64,000 nt of DNA, taken from contig JAIXQO010000003.1 in NCBI GenBank assembly GCA_027485695.1, positions 866,932 through 930,931 on the forward strand, read 5' to 3'. A program made the position numbers and the translations under genes. Each line of letters begins with the position of its first letter. Position 1 is the stretch's first letter. Origin of the DNA: Pseudomonadota bacterium. Its GTDB lineage: Bacteria; Bdellovibrionota; UBA1018. Below the pieces are notes generated by a model. That model had not been told where the DNA came from. It did not search any database and saw only the letters and a program-made list of their open reading frames with translations. Positions 1 to 8,780 of this stretch are shown here, one piece after another.

Positions 1-83
1 GTACTCCAGTGATGAATCGCATCTGAGGACCCCTCTGGTAAGAGGATCTCACGAATCGGAAACAACAGAAACCCTGCGATCTT

Positions 84-1211
84 GTGAAACGAGTTCTCGC
101 TGGAGGACCCTTCTACAGATTGACTATAGTATCGCCTATGAAATTAGGGGCCAACCCGAAACGATCGGCTGTCATTTTTTCGCCGGACATTGCGTCTCTG
201 GATCGTGCAGACTTACAGCAGCTTTTCTTGGATTGGATATCTAAATTCGACTTTTCACGAATTTCTGGGCGTTCTGAGGAGATCGCGCTTCGTAGTTTTT
301 ACAATCAGGCGAATTCAGTTGCTCCGGAGCTCGGACGGCCCGAACGCCTCGATTTTTTCGGAGTGCTTGATCGCTCCGCATTTCTCAACTTTCCGATCAC
401 CATGGGAATGGGAGGCGATCAGGGGTATGAGGCACTCGCCGTTCTCTCGCTGAAGTGTGGAAATCGAGAGCCTTTTGCCGGTCCGTTCGGCTACCTGCGC
501 GATCTTCGTATTCAAGGTGGCTCACGTTGTTTCGCGCGTTGGAGAAGAATCTATCGATCACTTCTGGAGCACGAAGAATTATTTAGCGAGCGGTTCGGTT
601 TTCGCGGTTTCTATACCTTGGTTGCTAGTAACAATGAACGGTGGCGCGACTCGTTACCGCTCCTCGAGTCCTATGGAATTCACTACAATGAATTCGGACG
701 GCTAAACGAATACGTCGTTCCACCCTATGAAGGTGATCGGACGTTCGCGGATTGTTCCATCGAATCGTTAGAGAGCGAGCCGGAGGGTGGAGCGCATGTT
801 TTTACGGCGTATGACCTACATGTCGAGAATTTTTCGTCATTCGAATCGTACCTTCAGTTCCAGCGCGAGTGCAGCTGGGTGCGCGCGCAAACTCCGACGG
901 GAGATTGGGTGGCGGCATGGATTTGGAATAGTTCGAATACCAAGCTCTATCCCATTGATGGTGGTAAACCACGTCATTTTTTGATCGATCTGATTTCGAA
1001 CACTTCGGCAGAGTACGGCGCCTATTTGCTCTCCGCCATTCACCGTGCCAATGGCGACTACGCACTGAGCCTACCGGGATTTCCAGGGGTAGAGCAGTGG
1101 CTCAGATTCGAGGCTTCGGTCCAAGAAAAACTCTACCACCTCTACCGAGTTGAAAAGAGTTCTCGCTCGTATGCGATTGAGCAGTTAACCGGGTTATCGG
1201 CATTTATTTAG
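84..1211 (+). CDS. hypothetical protein (375 aa), first gene of putative tailoring locus
   Basis: Long ORF with GTG start. No motif I recognise. Only 18 nt separate its stop from the next gene, which is co-directional. Confidence 0.5.
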   Translation: MKRVLAGGPFYRLTIVSPMKLGANPKRSAVIFSPDIASLDRADLQQLFLDWISKFDFSRISGRSEEIALRSFYNQANSVAPELGRPERLDFFGVLDRSAFLNFPITMGMGGDQGYEALAVLSLKCGNREPFAGPFGYLRDLRIQGGSRCFARWRRIYRSLLEHEELFSERFGFRGFYTLVASNNERWRDSLPLLESYGIHYNEFGRLNEYVVPPYEGDRTFADCSIESLESEPEGGAHVFTAYDLHVENFSSFESYLQFQRECSWVRAQTPTGDWVAAWIWNSSNTKLYPIDGGKPRHFLIDLISNTSAEYGAYLLSAIHRANGDYALSLPGFPGVEQWLRFEASVQEKLYHLYRVEKSSRSYAIEQLTGLSAFI

Positions 1212-1228
1212 GGAAACGAGGAACGCAT

Positions 1229-1978
1229 ATGATTCAAACACAAGCATTCATCCAAGAGCTCCATGGGCTGATGTGGCAAGAGTGGAGCGAAGTCATTAAG
1301 ACCAACCCCCTCATGCGCGCAGCGATGAATGGTACGGGGGACAAGCGACTTTTTGCGATCTACTTGAGCCAGGTCTATCATTTCACGCGCGAGAATCCGG
1401 TGAATCAGGCACTGGTCGCACAGAACCTTCAGAGTCATCGCTGGAAAATGGATACCGGGACTAAGGTTCGATACATGAAATTCTGTTTCCATCATGCCGA
1501 AGAAGAAGCAGGTCACGAGTACATGGCGCTCCATGATCTCAAGGCATTTGGTCTGGATGTGGAAGAAGCCACCATACCGCCGGCGCTCCCGTCGACGAGT
1601 GCGTTCATTGCGCTGGTCAGCGAGATCGCAACACAGTGGCATCCCGCCGCGCGTCTCGGTTACTCCTACTGGGCTGAGAGTTGCTATGAGATATTTCGTC
1701 CGATTGCTGGAGATCTTCAGAGTTCTTTGGGGATCAAGCCACAGGCGATGACGTTTCTTCATCAACATGGGCAGATCGATGAAAAACATGCCGAAGAAGT
1801 GAACGTCGTCTTGGGTTATGTCGTGACGAACGAAGAGGCGGCCGCATCGGTCAAACGCGCGCTCATTGAAACAATCCGATCGACGGGCGAGATTCTCGCG
1901 CAAATCCATCAGGCCTATGTTGAACTCAAGGCGGATCCTGAAAAAAGCCCCTATTCTCTGATGGCGCGCCTCGGATGA
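1229..1978 (+). CDS. heme-oxygenase-like diiron (HDO / Haem_oxygenas_2 / CADD-TenA-PqqC-fold) family protein
   Basis: Helical protein. Paired carboxylate/His motifs typical of HDO diiron sites: 'FHHAEEEAGHEYMALHDL' (ExxH) and 'LHQHGQIDEKHAEE'. Its stop overlaps the next start (ATGA) at 1975-1978. Confidence 0.55.
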   Translation: MIQTQAFIQELHGLMWQEWSEVIKTNPLMRAAMNGTGDKRLFAIYLSQVYHFTRENPVNQALVAQNLQSHRWKMDTGTKVRYMKFCFHHAEEEAGHEYMALHDLKAFGLDVEEATIPPALPSTSAFIALVSEIATQWHPAARLGYSYWAESCYEIFRPIAGDLQSSLGIKPQAMTFLHQHGQIDEKHAEEVNVVLGYVVTNEEAAASVKRALIETIRSTGEILAQIHQAYVELKADPEKSPYSLMARLG

Positions 1979-3108
1979 ATGAGCTGAACTCGATCGATGT
2001 GCTCTTCTCGCACCGCGAATACGGTGCGGCTGAGCTTGCCGTGCGATTCCGTGACCGCGTGGATGGCCCCCGGCTTAAATCCTCGCTCGGGCAAGTTTCC
2101 GAGCTCTATCCGATATTATCCGCCCGACTTGAATACGGTGAACGGACTCGTTTCGTTCCGTCAGGTGAAATCAGTTTTGATGAAGTGGACTTGTCGGCGA
2201 GCGACATGTCCCTTGAGCAGAGTACAGAGCTTGCGAAATGGGTACCCCGGGTGAAATCCGGGAGTGAGCAACTCTTGTCTATTCGGTTGCTTCGAACTCT
2301 AAACGCAGATTTCCTGCTCATCAGTTTCGCGCACGTACTGGGAGACGGGCATTCGTTGTTCCAGTGGCTCAGTACTTGGGGGCAAGCGTACGGCGGTAAG
2401 TTCCTCACTCCCTGGGAAACGGACCGAAGCCTGATCTCAACCGCCCGTTTGGCGGCATCCGCGAGCGCCGAGCCTATGGCGCTTAAAGACTTGGGTTTCA
2501 CCGGGCGAGGTGAATACCGCTCATTTGATAACTCGGAACTCGAGCGGAGTCCGCTCAGACTGATACCGGATTCTGAAATCAAAGAGATTCGTAGTCGAGA
2601 TGCCGAAGTTTCGCGGTTTGATGCGATTTCCGCCTGGATTCTTCGGGAAAAAGCTCGCGAAATCCCGCAAGCTCAAATCGTTTTTATCTGCCCGATGAAT
2701 CTGAGGTTCGTGCTTCCTGAAATTCCGATCTACTATTTTGGAAACGCAGTCAAAGCTGAACTCGCCTGGTTCGATCGCGAACGACTGCTGACGGACGACC
2801 TTGCGGACATTGCGCGAGAGATCCGCGATCTCAAGCGCCGAATGACTCCGGAGAGAGTCGCGCAGGGACTAAAAACGCTGGACGCTCTTCGCGAGACAGA
2901 AGGCGACGATGCTCTCCGCGAGCTTCGGGTGACGGAAGAAGCATCGGTGCTCATTACTGATCTGACCAAGATCCCTCAAACGATTCCTTTTGGTGAGACC
3001 GTCGTCAACGGTGTCGTCATGCTCAGTAATTATCCCCGAGCCGTGGCTCTCGTACCTAGTCGTGATGGTTTGGCATACCAGGTCTGCCGATTCGTCGGGA
3101 AAACTTGA
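1975..3108 (+). CDS. standalone condensation-domain / CoA-dependent acyltransferase superfamily protein (HxxxDG motif)
   Basis: Motif 'FAHVLGDGHS' matches the HxxxDG catalytic signature of NRPS C-domains, PapA5, WS/DGAT and BAHD enzymes. Size 377 aa. Translationally coupled to the HDO gene. Confidence 0.5.
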   Translation: MNELNSIDVLFSHREYGAAELAVRFRDRVDGPRLKSSLGQVSELYPILSARLEYGERTRFVPSGEISFDEVDLSASDMSLEQSTELAKWVPRVKSGSEQLLSIRLLRTLNADFLLISFAHVLGDGHSLFQWLSTWGQAYGGKFLTPWETDRSLISTARLAASASAEPMALKDLGFTGRGEYRSFDNSELERSPLRLIPDSEIKEIRSRDAEVSRFDAISAWILREKAREIPQAQIVFICPMNLRFVLPEIPIYYFGNAVKAELAWFDRERLLTDDLADIAREIRDLKRRMTPERVAQGLKTLDALRETEGDDALRELRVTEEASVLITDLTKIPQTIPFGETVVNGVVMLSNYPRAVALVPSRDGLAYQVCRFVGKT

Positions 3109-4372
3109 GTCGAATAGGATTTCGCGACTGAAGCGTCGTATAGGGATAGAGGTCTGTTTCCGAAATCTCCGGACTCGATAGCGTGATATCGTAAGACTCT
3201 AAAATTTCGGACAAGATCCATTTCATTTCACGAAGCGCGAAACCGCGACCGACGCAAGAGCGCGCGCCCTTACCGAATGGAATGAATGCTTCTTCGCTCC
3301 AGCGTTTTGAGTCTTGGGGCCTGAGCGGGTCAAACCTCAGCGCGTCCGGGAAAAACCGCTCCATTCGGTGCAAGAGAAACGGGCTCACGGCCACGGAATC
3401 TCCCTTTCGAATGGAAGTCTCGCCCCAGGTATCGTCGGTGAATGCCGATCGACCGAAATTGGCGATCGCAGGATAGAGCCGTAGAGTCTCGAGAATCCAG
3501 TCCTCGAGAAAAGGGGTACTGGTCCGAGCCTGGGCTTGAAATTCCGGGCGACGCGCAAATTCATAGAGCGCGAACTGAAGCACGTTCGCCGACGTATCGT
3601 GACCTGCAATCAGGAGGTTGCGAAGATCGCCTTGGAGGCCCGCGTCTCCGATTCCGGCCTCGCGGTAGCTGGCTCGTAGTGGGTGGTTTTCGGGCATTGC
3701 CTGTACAATCGATTGGATGAGTTCGACGAAGGTACCGGTGAGGTGATTAAACGCAAACGAATAGTCGCCAAATAGTCGGATCGTGAGCGGGCTTGGGAAT
3801 TTTTGCCAAAGGACGAACCGCCGAAAAATCCCGTCCAAGGCCCGGCGAAGACGATCCGTTTTGGCGCGATCATCGAGTCTGAGTAAGTAGCGTGCGAACA
3901 GCTCCAGGGCGATTCGACTCATGAGCGGGCCGATCGGTATACTGTGGGGTTCTGTCAGGACTTCACTCAGGGTGTCTCGAACATGAGCACGGAGTTCCGA
4001 CTCTCGTGAATCAATTTGGGTCAGCCCGAAGTAACGGCCGAGGAGTTTTTGACTCTGTTTCCATTCGGTGCCTTCTTTGGTCACGATGCCGTGACCCAAG
4101 ATTTTCCGGAGTCGTTCGTAGCCTGGGCTGCGTTTACCGTACTGGGACGAGTGGGTCACTAAAACGCGCTCGATCAGTTCCGGGCGCAACGGAATCCAAT
4201 GGCTGCGTTCCGGAGTGATTCTAAAAACAATCACGTCAGCACGGCTTGCGAGAATCTTCGAATAGAGCTCGGGTCGTCCCAAGCCGAGTTGAATCAAATG
4301 CCCGGTCAGGAGACGACCGCTGATCGGATCCTGTGGCCATTCTTGAATCTGCAGAGGTGTTTGCTCGCTCAT
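3056..4372 (-). CDS. cytochrome P450 monooxygenase
   Basis: I-helix 'AGHDTS', K-helix 'ETLRLYP' (ExxR), and heme-binding loop 'FGKGARSCVGRGFA' (FxxGxRxCxG). Length 438 aa. Confidence 0.9.
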   Translation of the reverse strand: MSEQTPLQIQEWPQDPISGRLLTGHLIQLGLGRPELYSKILASRADVIVFRITPERSHWIPLRPELIERVLVTHSSQYGKRSPGYERLRKILGHGIVTKEGTEWKQSQKLLGRYFGLTQIDSRESELRAHVRDTLSEVLTEPHSIPIGPLMSRIALELFARYLLRLDDRAKTDRLRRALDGIFRRFVLWQKFPSPLTIRLFGDYSFAFNHLTGTFVELIQSIVQAMPENHPLRASYREAGIGDAGLQGDLRNLLIAGHDTSANVLQFALYEFARRPEFQAQARTSTPFLEDWILETLRLYPAIANFGRSAFTDDTWGETSIRKGDSVAVSPFLLHRMERFFPDALRFDPLRPQDSKRWSEEAFIPFGKGARSCVGRGFALREMKWILSEILESYDITLSSPEISETDLYPYTTLQSRNPIRLKFSRRIGRPGMPNHHD

Positions 4373-4375
4373 AGG

Positions 4376-5896
4376 TTAGCGATCTCTGGTCAGTGGAATG
4401 GGAATGGAGTTCAGCCAGTCGAGCACGTAGAGTTTCCTGTGTTCTTGGGCCAGTGCCTCTGAATAGCATGCTACCATGAGCTCCGTACTCTGGTCCTGCG
4501 ATTCGTCGTTGGCATTGTAGCTACCGATGACGGTCACCACACCATCGACGGAATAGCTCTTAGAATGTTGGTAGCCGTCGTACGCCCACCAATGGAAATT
4601 GTCCCGTTCCATGAGCGCGCGGATGGCTTGTCGAGCGGGCTCAATTTCGGATAGCGGTGACGGTGTCAGATGCTCGGCCGCCCAAATCACGGTTGTTTCA
4701 AACGCATTTCGAGGTTTTCTCGGCATCGAATGATCATCGGTAGGGCGACGAGAGTGGTTGGTTTGCATATCCACGCGGAGGTCAGGCCGCGCGTTCGCGA
4801 TTCGGATGATGAGTCGCAGGATTTCGCGACCGACGGATGATTTTTCCGGATGATCAAAATCGACGTGGATATTGTTGTAGAAGAGATGCTTTTTCGCGCG
4901 GCTGATCAGTTCGAAGATGAAATGGAGGATGCGGCGGTCCTGTTTGCTCGCGTCTTTTTCAATCACTCGGCAAGGGGTGGTTCCCGCCTTCGTGATGGGA
5001 GCAGGTAGTGGTAATGTCTCGCCAGTCGCGGTTTTCCATCGACGAGTGAACACTTTTGCTAACTCGCGGACTGCCGGGCCTTGAATGGACAGGTGAGAGT
5101 CTCTGAGTCCGTCATTGTTCGATCGCGCAGACACTTGAGCGCCGATCAAATTATCTCCGCTCACCCAGGCGGATTTTCCGTCAATGATACCCAATTTCTG
5201 ATGGTGGATCTTGAGTGTTCCCGGTGAATAGCGGACGACCGAGATGCGCGAACGAGTGAGTCTCTCTAGGCAACCCGGATCCGTTTGAGAAAAAATCGAA
5301 TCGAGTAGAACTCTCACCGAGACGCCCGAACGTGATTTTTGTTCAAGGAGTTGAATGAGAGGCTCAGTACCGGCGTCGCAATTGAGGAGAAATGTAGAAA
5401 TCCAAATCGATTGTCGGGCCGATTGAATGAGACCGAGTCGATAACGGGAAATGTCATCGACACCGAGCACATGAACTTGGTTTCCGATCACCGGCTGTGA
5501 TCGGGTCAAAACGTTCAGATGAGATGAATAAAACCAGGTTTGGAGCTCCTCGCGAGGTGCATTTTCCAGTTCTGCCGTAAACGCTTGAAAACTGTTTTTA
5601 GACCAACTCGTTTGTCTAGTCGTTGCGATGAGAGAGCCTTGAATCGACTGGGAACTCGGGTACTGATAGCGTGCAGTAATGGCATCATAGGGCCAGGCCG
5701 AATAAGCGTTCTCCCATTTGGTCAGGGATTTTTCGCCGTGACTTTTGGCCCAGTTCTCGACTTGGGTGGAGGGGGCAATGTCGAGCGCCTGGGTTTCGTA
5801 GGCCCAGCTGAGTGAGACGAATGCGATGAGAATCACATAGGTCCACCTACGTATTGTGTTTGCGCGGGAGGGGGTGCCTCGACCGGAAAAATTCAT
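4376..5896 (-). CDS. phospholipase D / cardiolipin synthase family protein (two HKD motifs) with N-terminal signal/TM
   Basis: Two HxKxxxxD motifs: 'HHQKLGIIDGKSAWVSGDN' and 'HSKSYSVDGVVTVIGSYNAND'. N-terminal hydrophobic segment 'WTYVILIAFVSLSWAY'. Confidence 0.8.
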   Translation of the reverse strand: MNFSGRGTPSRANTIRRWTYVILIAFVSLSWAYETQALDIAPSTQVENWAKSHGEKSLTKWENAYSAWPYDAITARYQYPSSQSIQGSLIATTRQTSWSKNSFQAFTAELENAPREELQTWFYSSHLNVLTRSQPVIGNQVHVLGVDDISRYRLGLIQSARQSIWISTFLLNCDAGTEPLIQLLEQKSRSGVSVRVLLDSIFSQTDPGCLERLTRSRISVVRYSPGTLKIHHQKLGIIDGKSAWVSGDNLIGAQVSARSNNDGLRDSHLSIQGPAVRELAKVFTRRWKTATGETLPLPAPITKAGTTPCRVIEKDASKQDRRILHFIFELISRAKKHLFYNNIHVDFDHPEKSSVGREILRLIIRIANARPDLRVDMQTNHSRRPTDDHSMPRKPRNAFETTVIWAAEHLTPSPLSEIEPARQAIRALMERDNFHWWAYDGYQHSKSYSVDGVVTVIGSYNANDESQDQSTELMVACYSEALAQEHRKLYVLDWLNSIPIPLTRDR

Positions 5897-6029
5897 CGGC
5901 CGCAGGTATCATGCGGTGCATTATAAATCTAGAAAACGTCGAAACGGGCTTCTGGTCTACCTAGCGGACCGAATCGGCGTGTCGGGTGAATTTGGGCGGT
6001 GAAAGTTTGACGTTAAAAATGAGCCTATC

Positions 6030-6144
6030 ACTTGAAATGATTCATGATTTTGTCTTGTTCTTTTTTTAATCTTCCGTCACTCTTTTAAAAAGAGAAGCGA
6101 ATTCAACGGTTTATCGAAACCAACGCTTAAGGAGGATCGAAGCC
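6030..6144 (+). promoter_or_regulatory. AT-rich divergent promoter region and strong RBS (AAGGAGG) for ihfA
   Basis: AT-rich stretch 'tcatgattttgtcttgttctttttttaatcttccgtcactcttttaaaaagag'. 'aaggagg' lies 9 nt upstream of the GTG start at 6145. Confidence 0.35.
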
Positions 6145-6498
6145 GTGGCCATGACGAAAGCAGACATCGTAGAAGCCCTTTATGAAAAAGTGGGTTTCTC
6201 GAAAAAAGAAGCGTCGGATCTCGTGGAATTGGTCTTTGATACCTTGAAAACGACGCTCGCCGAGAGCGAGAAGATCAAGATCTCGGGTTTCGGCAATTTC
6301 GTCGTTCGCGAAAAACGCTCCCGCATCGGCCGCAATCCGCAAACCGGCCAAAGCATTGAGATTTCCGCGCGTAAGGTTCTGACCTTTCGCCCGAGCCAAG
6401 TGCTGCGTGCCGAAGTGAATGCCGCCCTCGAAGGCAAGACGATCGATCGTTCCACCATCATCGAGGACGATGAGGATGATGAGGATGGCGAAGATTAA
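6145..6498 (+). CDS. ihfA: integration host factor alpha-like (HU/IHF family) DNA-binding protein with acidic C-terminal tail
   Basis: 'KISGFGNFVVREKRSRIGRNPQTGQSIEISARKVLTFRPSQVL' resembles E. coli IHF-alpha ('GFGNF...RPGRNPKTGE...TFRPGQKL') more than HU. It ends with 'EDDEDDEDGED'. Confidence 0.75.
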   Translation: MAMTKADIVEALYEKVGFSKKEASDLVELVFDTLKTTLAESEKIKISGFGNFVVREKRSRIGRNPQTGQSIEISARKVLTFRPSQVLRAEVNAALEGKTIDRSTIIEDDEDDEDGED

Positions 6499-7003
6499 GA
6501 GCCGCCCCGTCGCTCCATCATCGCTTCCCATTCGATTAACCGATTCCGTTTGGGAATCTCCGGATTCAGCCGCCCCGGTCGGATCCTGGGCTGCAGATCA
6601 ACTCGTTCGCGAATTCGACCTCGAAGCCGCCCTGGATGCACTTCCTCAGAAGCTTTTTTTCAAAATCGGAGAGGTCGCTGATTTGCTCGCGGTCAAGACG
6701 TCCGTGCTTCGCTATTGGGAAAAAGAGTTCACCGGCTTAAAACCGCAAAAGTCCGAGTCCGGCCAGCGTGTCTATCGCAAGAAGGACGTCGAGACGCTGA
6801 TTTTTATTAAACATCTTTTGTATACCGAGCGGTTTTCGCTCGAAGGCGCTCGCAAGCATCTGAAGAATTTCAAGAACCGAGTTCAAGCGCGTTCCCAGAC
6901 CCCGGTTGCTGCAGAAGAAACGCCGGCAAAACGCGAAGTTCCCACCCAGGTGCGTGAGCTGCTGGATCGGCGGCTTGGGCATTTTTTTAAGTGGGTATTT
7001 TAA
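6470..7003 (+). CDS. MerR-family transcriptional regulator (start uncertain; overlaps ihfA 3' end)
   Basis: MerR HTH 'KLFFKIGEVADLLAVKTSVLRYWEKEFTGLKPQKSESGQRVYRKKDVETLIFIKHLL'. In-frame ATGs lie only at 6419, 6470, 6476, 6479 and 6485. There is no ATG/GTG/TTG between 6485 and the HTH, so the protein carries an N-terminal extension of at least 50 aa. Confidence 0.65.
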   Translation: MRMMRMAKIKSRPVAPSSLPIRLTDSVWESPDSAAPVGSWAADQLVREFDLEAALDALPQKLFFKIGEVADLLAVKTSVLRYWEKEFTGLKPQKSESGQRVYRKKDVETLIFIKHLLYTERFSLEGARKHLKNFKNRVQARSQTPVAAEETPAKREVPTQVRELLDRRLGHFFKWVF

Positions 7004-7962
7004 CGACGAGCGCGCGTGAGATTGAGGATTTTTTTCGCCAAGTTCTCACCCAAGACCTGCTCCATTTGAACAATCAGTCCCGGCGACGTGAAGTTATAGT
7101 CCGTGATCAGTCCGTCGATCAAGTCGATGGCGGCCCAGCGGATTTTCGATTGCTTCAGCCGTTTGGAGATCGCCGGTAGGGCTCGTTTTTCTTTTGCCGT
7201 CAGTGGTGCTGCTCGAACACTGCCTCCCGAATCCATGTTGATGATGGACTCTCCAGATTTTGGCAGTTTTTGGGCAAATGCGAGGAGCTTGCCGTCGATC
7301 CACCAGGTGCGCTTCTCTCCGTCCAGGATCGCAGGGCGATAGGCTTGCAGAGCTTGAGGCAGGTCCATGGTGGAGTGGAGGTCTGCTTGCGAGGCAAGTG
7401 CGTGATGGAGATCTCGAGATGAGCGGAGGATAGCGACCCCTTTGCTCTGGGCGGTATTCAGTGGTTTTAGAACCACCGTGCCGTGTTGTTTTAGAAATGA
7501 TTCCATCTCGGCTCGGTCAACCGTAATTAAGGTCGCGGGAGTGAGCTTGCGATCAAACAGGCACTCGAGTTTCTCGCTGCGAGAAAAGAGTGATTCGAGC
7601 GGATTCACGAGCTCGGTCGTGCGCTCGAGTTCGGCAAGCCGCATGAGTTGTAGCGGGAGCAAATAGGAGAGATCAACCGGTGGATCCGGGCGGTAGAAAG
7701 CCTGGGAAAATCCCGAGAGAACACTCCGTTTCGGTGCAGAAAAAACAAAACTCCCCGCATCGAGTCTGTCGGGGGCGTTCTTAAGTTCGCGGATTTCTGC
7801 CGTGAGTCTCCCTTGGTTCCAGGTGATCGTTTTGAAATCGCACCAGTGAACGGATTCGCCCTGAATACGAGCCTCTTGCATGACCCGCAGGGAGGTATCG
7901 CGAGGGTGATCGAGGGTATTCCAGGGGTCCGTGATGAAGAGGCGTTTTAGGCGTTTTCGCAT
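7000..7962 (-). CDS. gshB: glutathione synthetase (ATP-grasp)
   Basis: Collinear with E. coli GshB: 'TPATLITVDRAEMESFLKQHGTVVLKPL' vs 'TPETLVTRNKAQLKAFWEKHSDIILKPL'; 'LQAYRPAILDGEKRTWWIDGKLL' vs '[23 protein letters not shown]'; 'DYNFTSPG' vs 'EINVTSPT'. Confidence 0.85.
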   Translation of the reverse strand: MRKRLKRLFITDPWNTLDHPRDTSLRVMQEARIQGESVHWCDFKTITWNQGRLTAEIRELKNAPDRLDAGSFVFSAPKRSVLSGFSQAFYRPDPPVDLSYLLPLQLMRLAELERTTELVNPLESLFSRSEKLECLFDRKLTPATLITVDRAEMESFLKQHGTVVLKPLNTAQSKGVAILRSSRDLHHALASQADLHSTMDLPQALQAYRPAILDGEKRTWWIDGKLLAFAQKLPKSGESIINMDSGGSVRAAPLTAKEKRALPAISKRLKQSKIRWAAIDLIDGLITDYNFTSPGLIVQMEQVLGENLAKKILNLTRARR

Positions 7963-8780
7963 TTCTTTGCGATCTCCTCGACAAAAGGTTCCAAGGACGA
8001 TCGAAGCTCGAGCGGCAAGCGCTCTAACTTTTTCCTCAGGTCTTGAAGCTGTTTTTTTGCAAGCTGTTCGACGTCGGTGCGCGAAGCGATACTGGCGATG
8101 TGAGCGAAGTCGAGGCTCTTCTCGTTCCAGTCGTCCTCAAGGTCATCGGCCAGTTGAAAGAGAATACCAATCTGGCGGCCGATCGCACCGAGTTCGCGCG
8201 TGAAATCGGCGGTTTTCTCGGATGCAACCGAGGTGAGCATGAGGCAGAGCCCGAAGAGTGCGCCGGTCTTGCGTGAAAAGATCGATTCCAGAGCCGCAAG
8301 CGAAGTGGGCGCATTCAATTCAAACTCGGCCACTTGCCCGCCGATCAACTCTCCGCCATCGATGGATTCCAGAACGATCGAGAGAAGGCGCATGCGGACC
8401 GTGTCGCTGACCGGCAGCTTAAAAAGTTCCTGGAGCGCAAGCGGAGTGAGCGCATCGCCCGCGAGGAGCGCAGTCGCCTCGCCAAAGAGTTTGTGATTCG
8501 TCGGTTTACCGCGCCTGAAATCGTCGTCGTCCATCGCAGGCAGATCGTCATGGATCAGTGTGTAGGTGTGAATGAATTCAACCAGCGCCGCAAGCGGGAA
8601 CAGTTCTCGGTCACTCAGGCCCAAGGCCAGACCGGAGGCGAAAATCAGCCGGGGCCGAATGCGTTTGCCGCCCGAGAAAACGCTGTAACGAACGGAGTTC
8701 CAGAGCGGAGCCGGAAACCGGTCTTTTTGAATCTGGAGGCGGTCTTCGAGATAGGCTTCGAAAGCGGAGGTTCGATCCAT
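7947..8780 (-). CDS. ispA: polyprenyl (farnesyl/geranylgeranyl) diphosphate synthase
   Basis: First Asp-rich motif 'LIHDDLPAMDDDDFRRGKPTNH' and second 'FQLADDLEDDW'. Its start overlaps the gspN stop (TAATG). Confidence 0.85.
   Translation of the reverse strand: MDRTSAFEAYLEDRLQIQKDRFPAPLWNSVRYSVFSGGKRIRPRLIFASGLALGLSDRELFPLAALVEFIHTYTLIHDDLPAMDDDDFRRGKPTNHKLFGEATALLAGDALTPLALQELFKLPVSDTVRMRLLSIVLESIDGGELIGGQVAEFELNAPTSLAALESIFSRKTGALFGLCLMLTSVASEKTADFTRELGAIGRQIGILFQLADDLEDDWNEKSLDFAHIASIASRTDVEQLAKKQLQDLRKKLERLPLELRSSLEPFVEEIAKKCENA

Noticed and set aside
6419-6469. Most upstream start (6419) of the MerR-family ORF, 80 nt inside ihfA
   Set aside because: A long out-of-frame overlap with a highly expressed nucleoid-protein gene is unlikely. 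I prefer the ATG cluster at 6470-6485. This is unresolved without experimental data.
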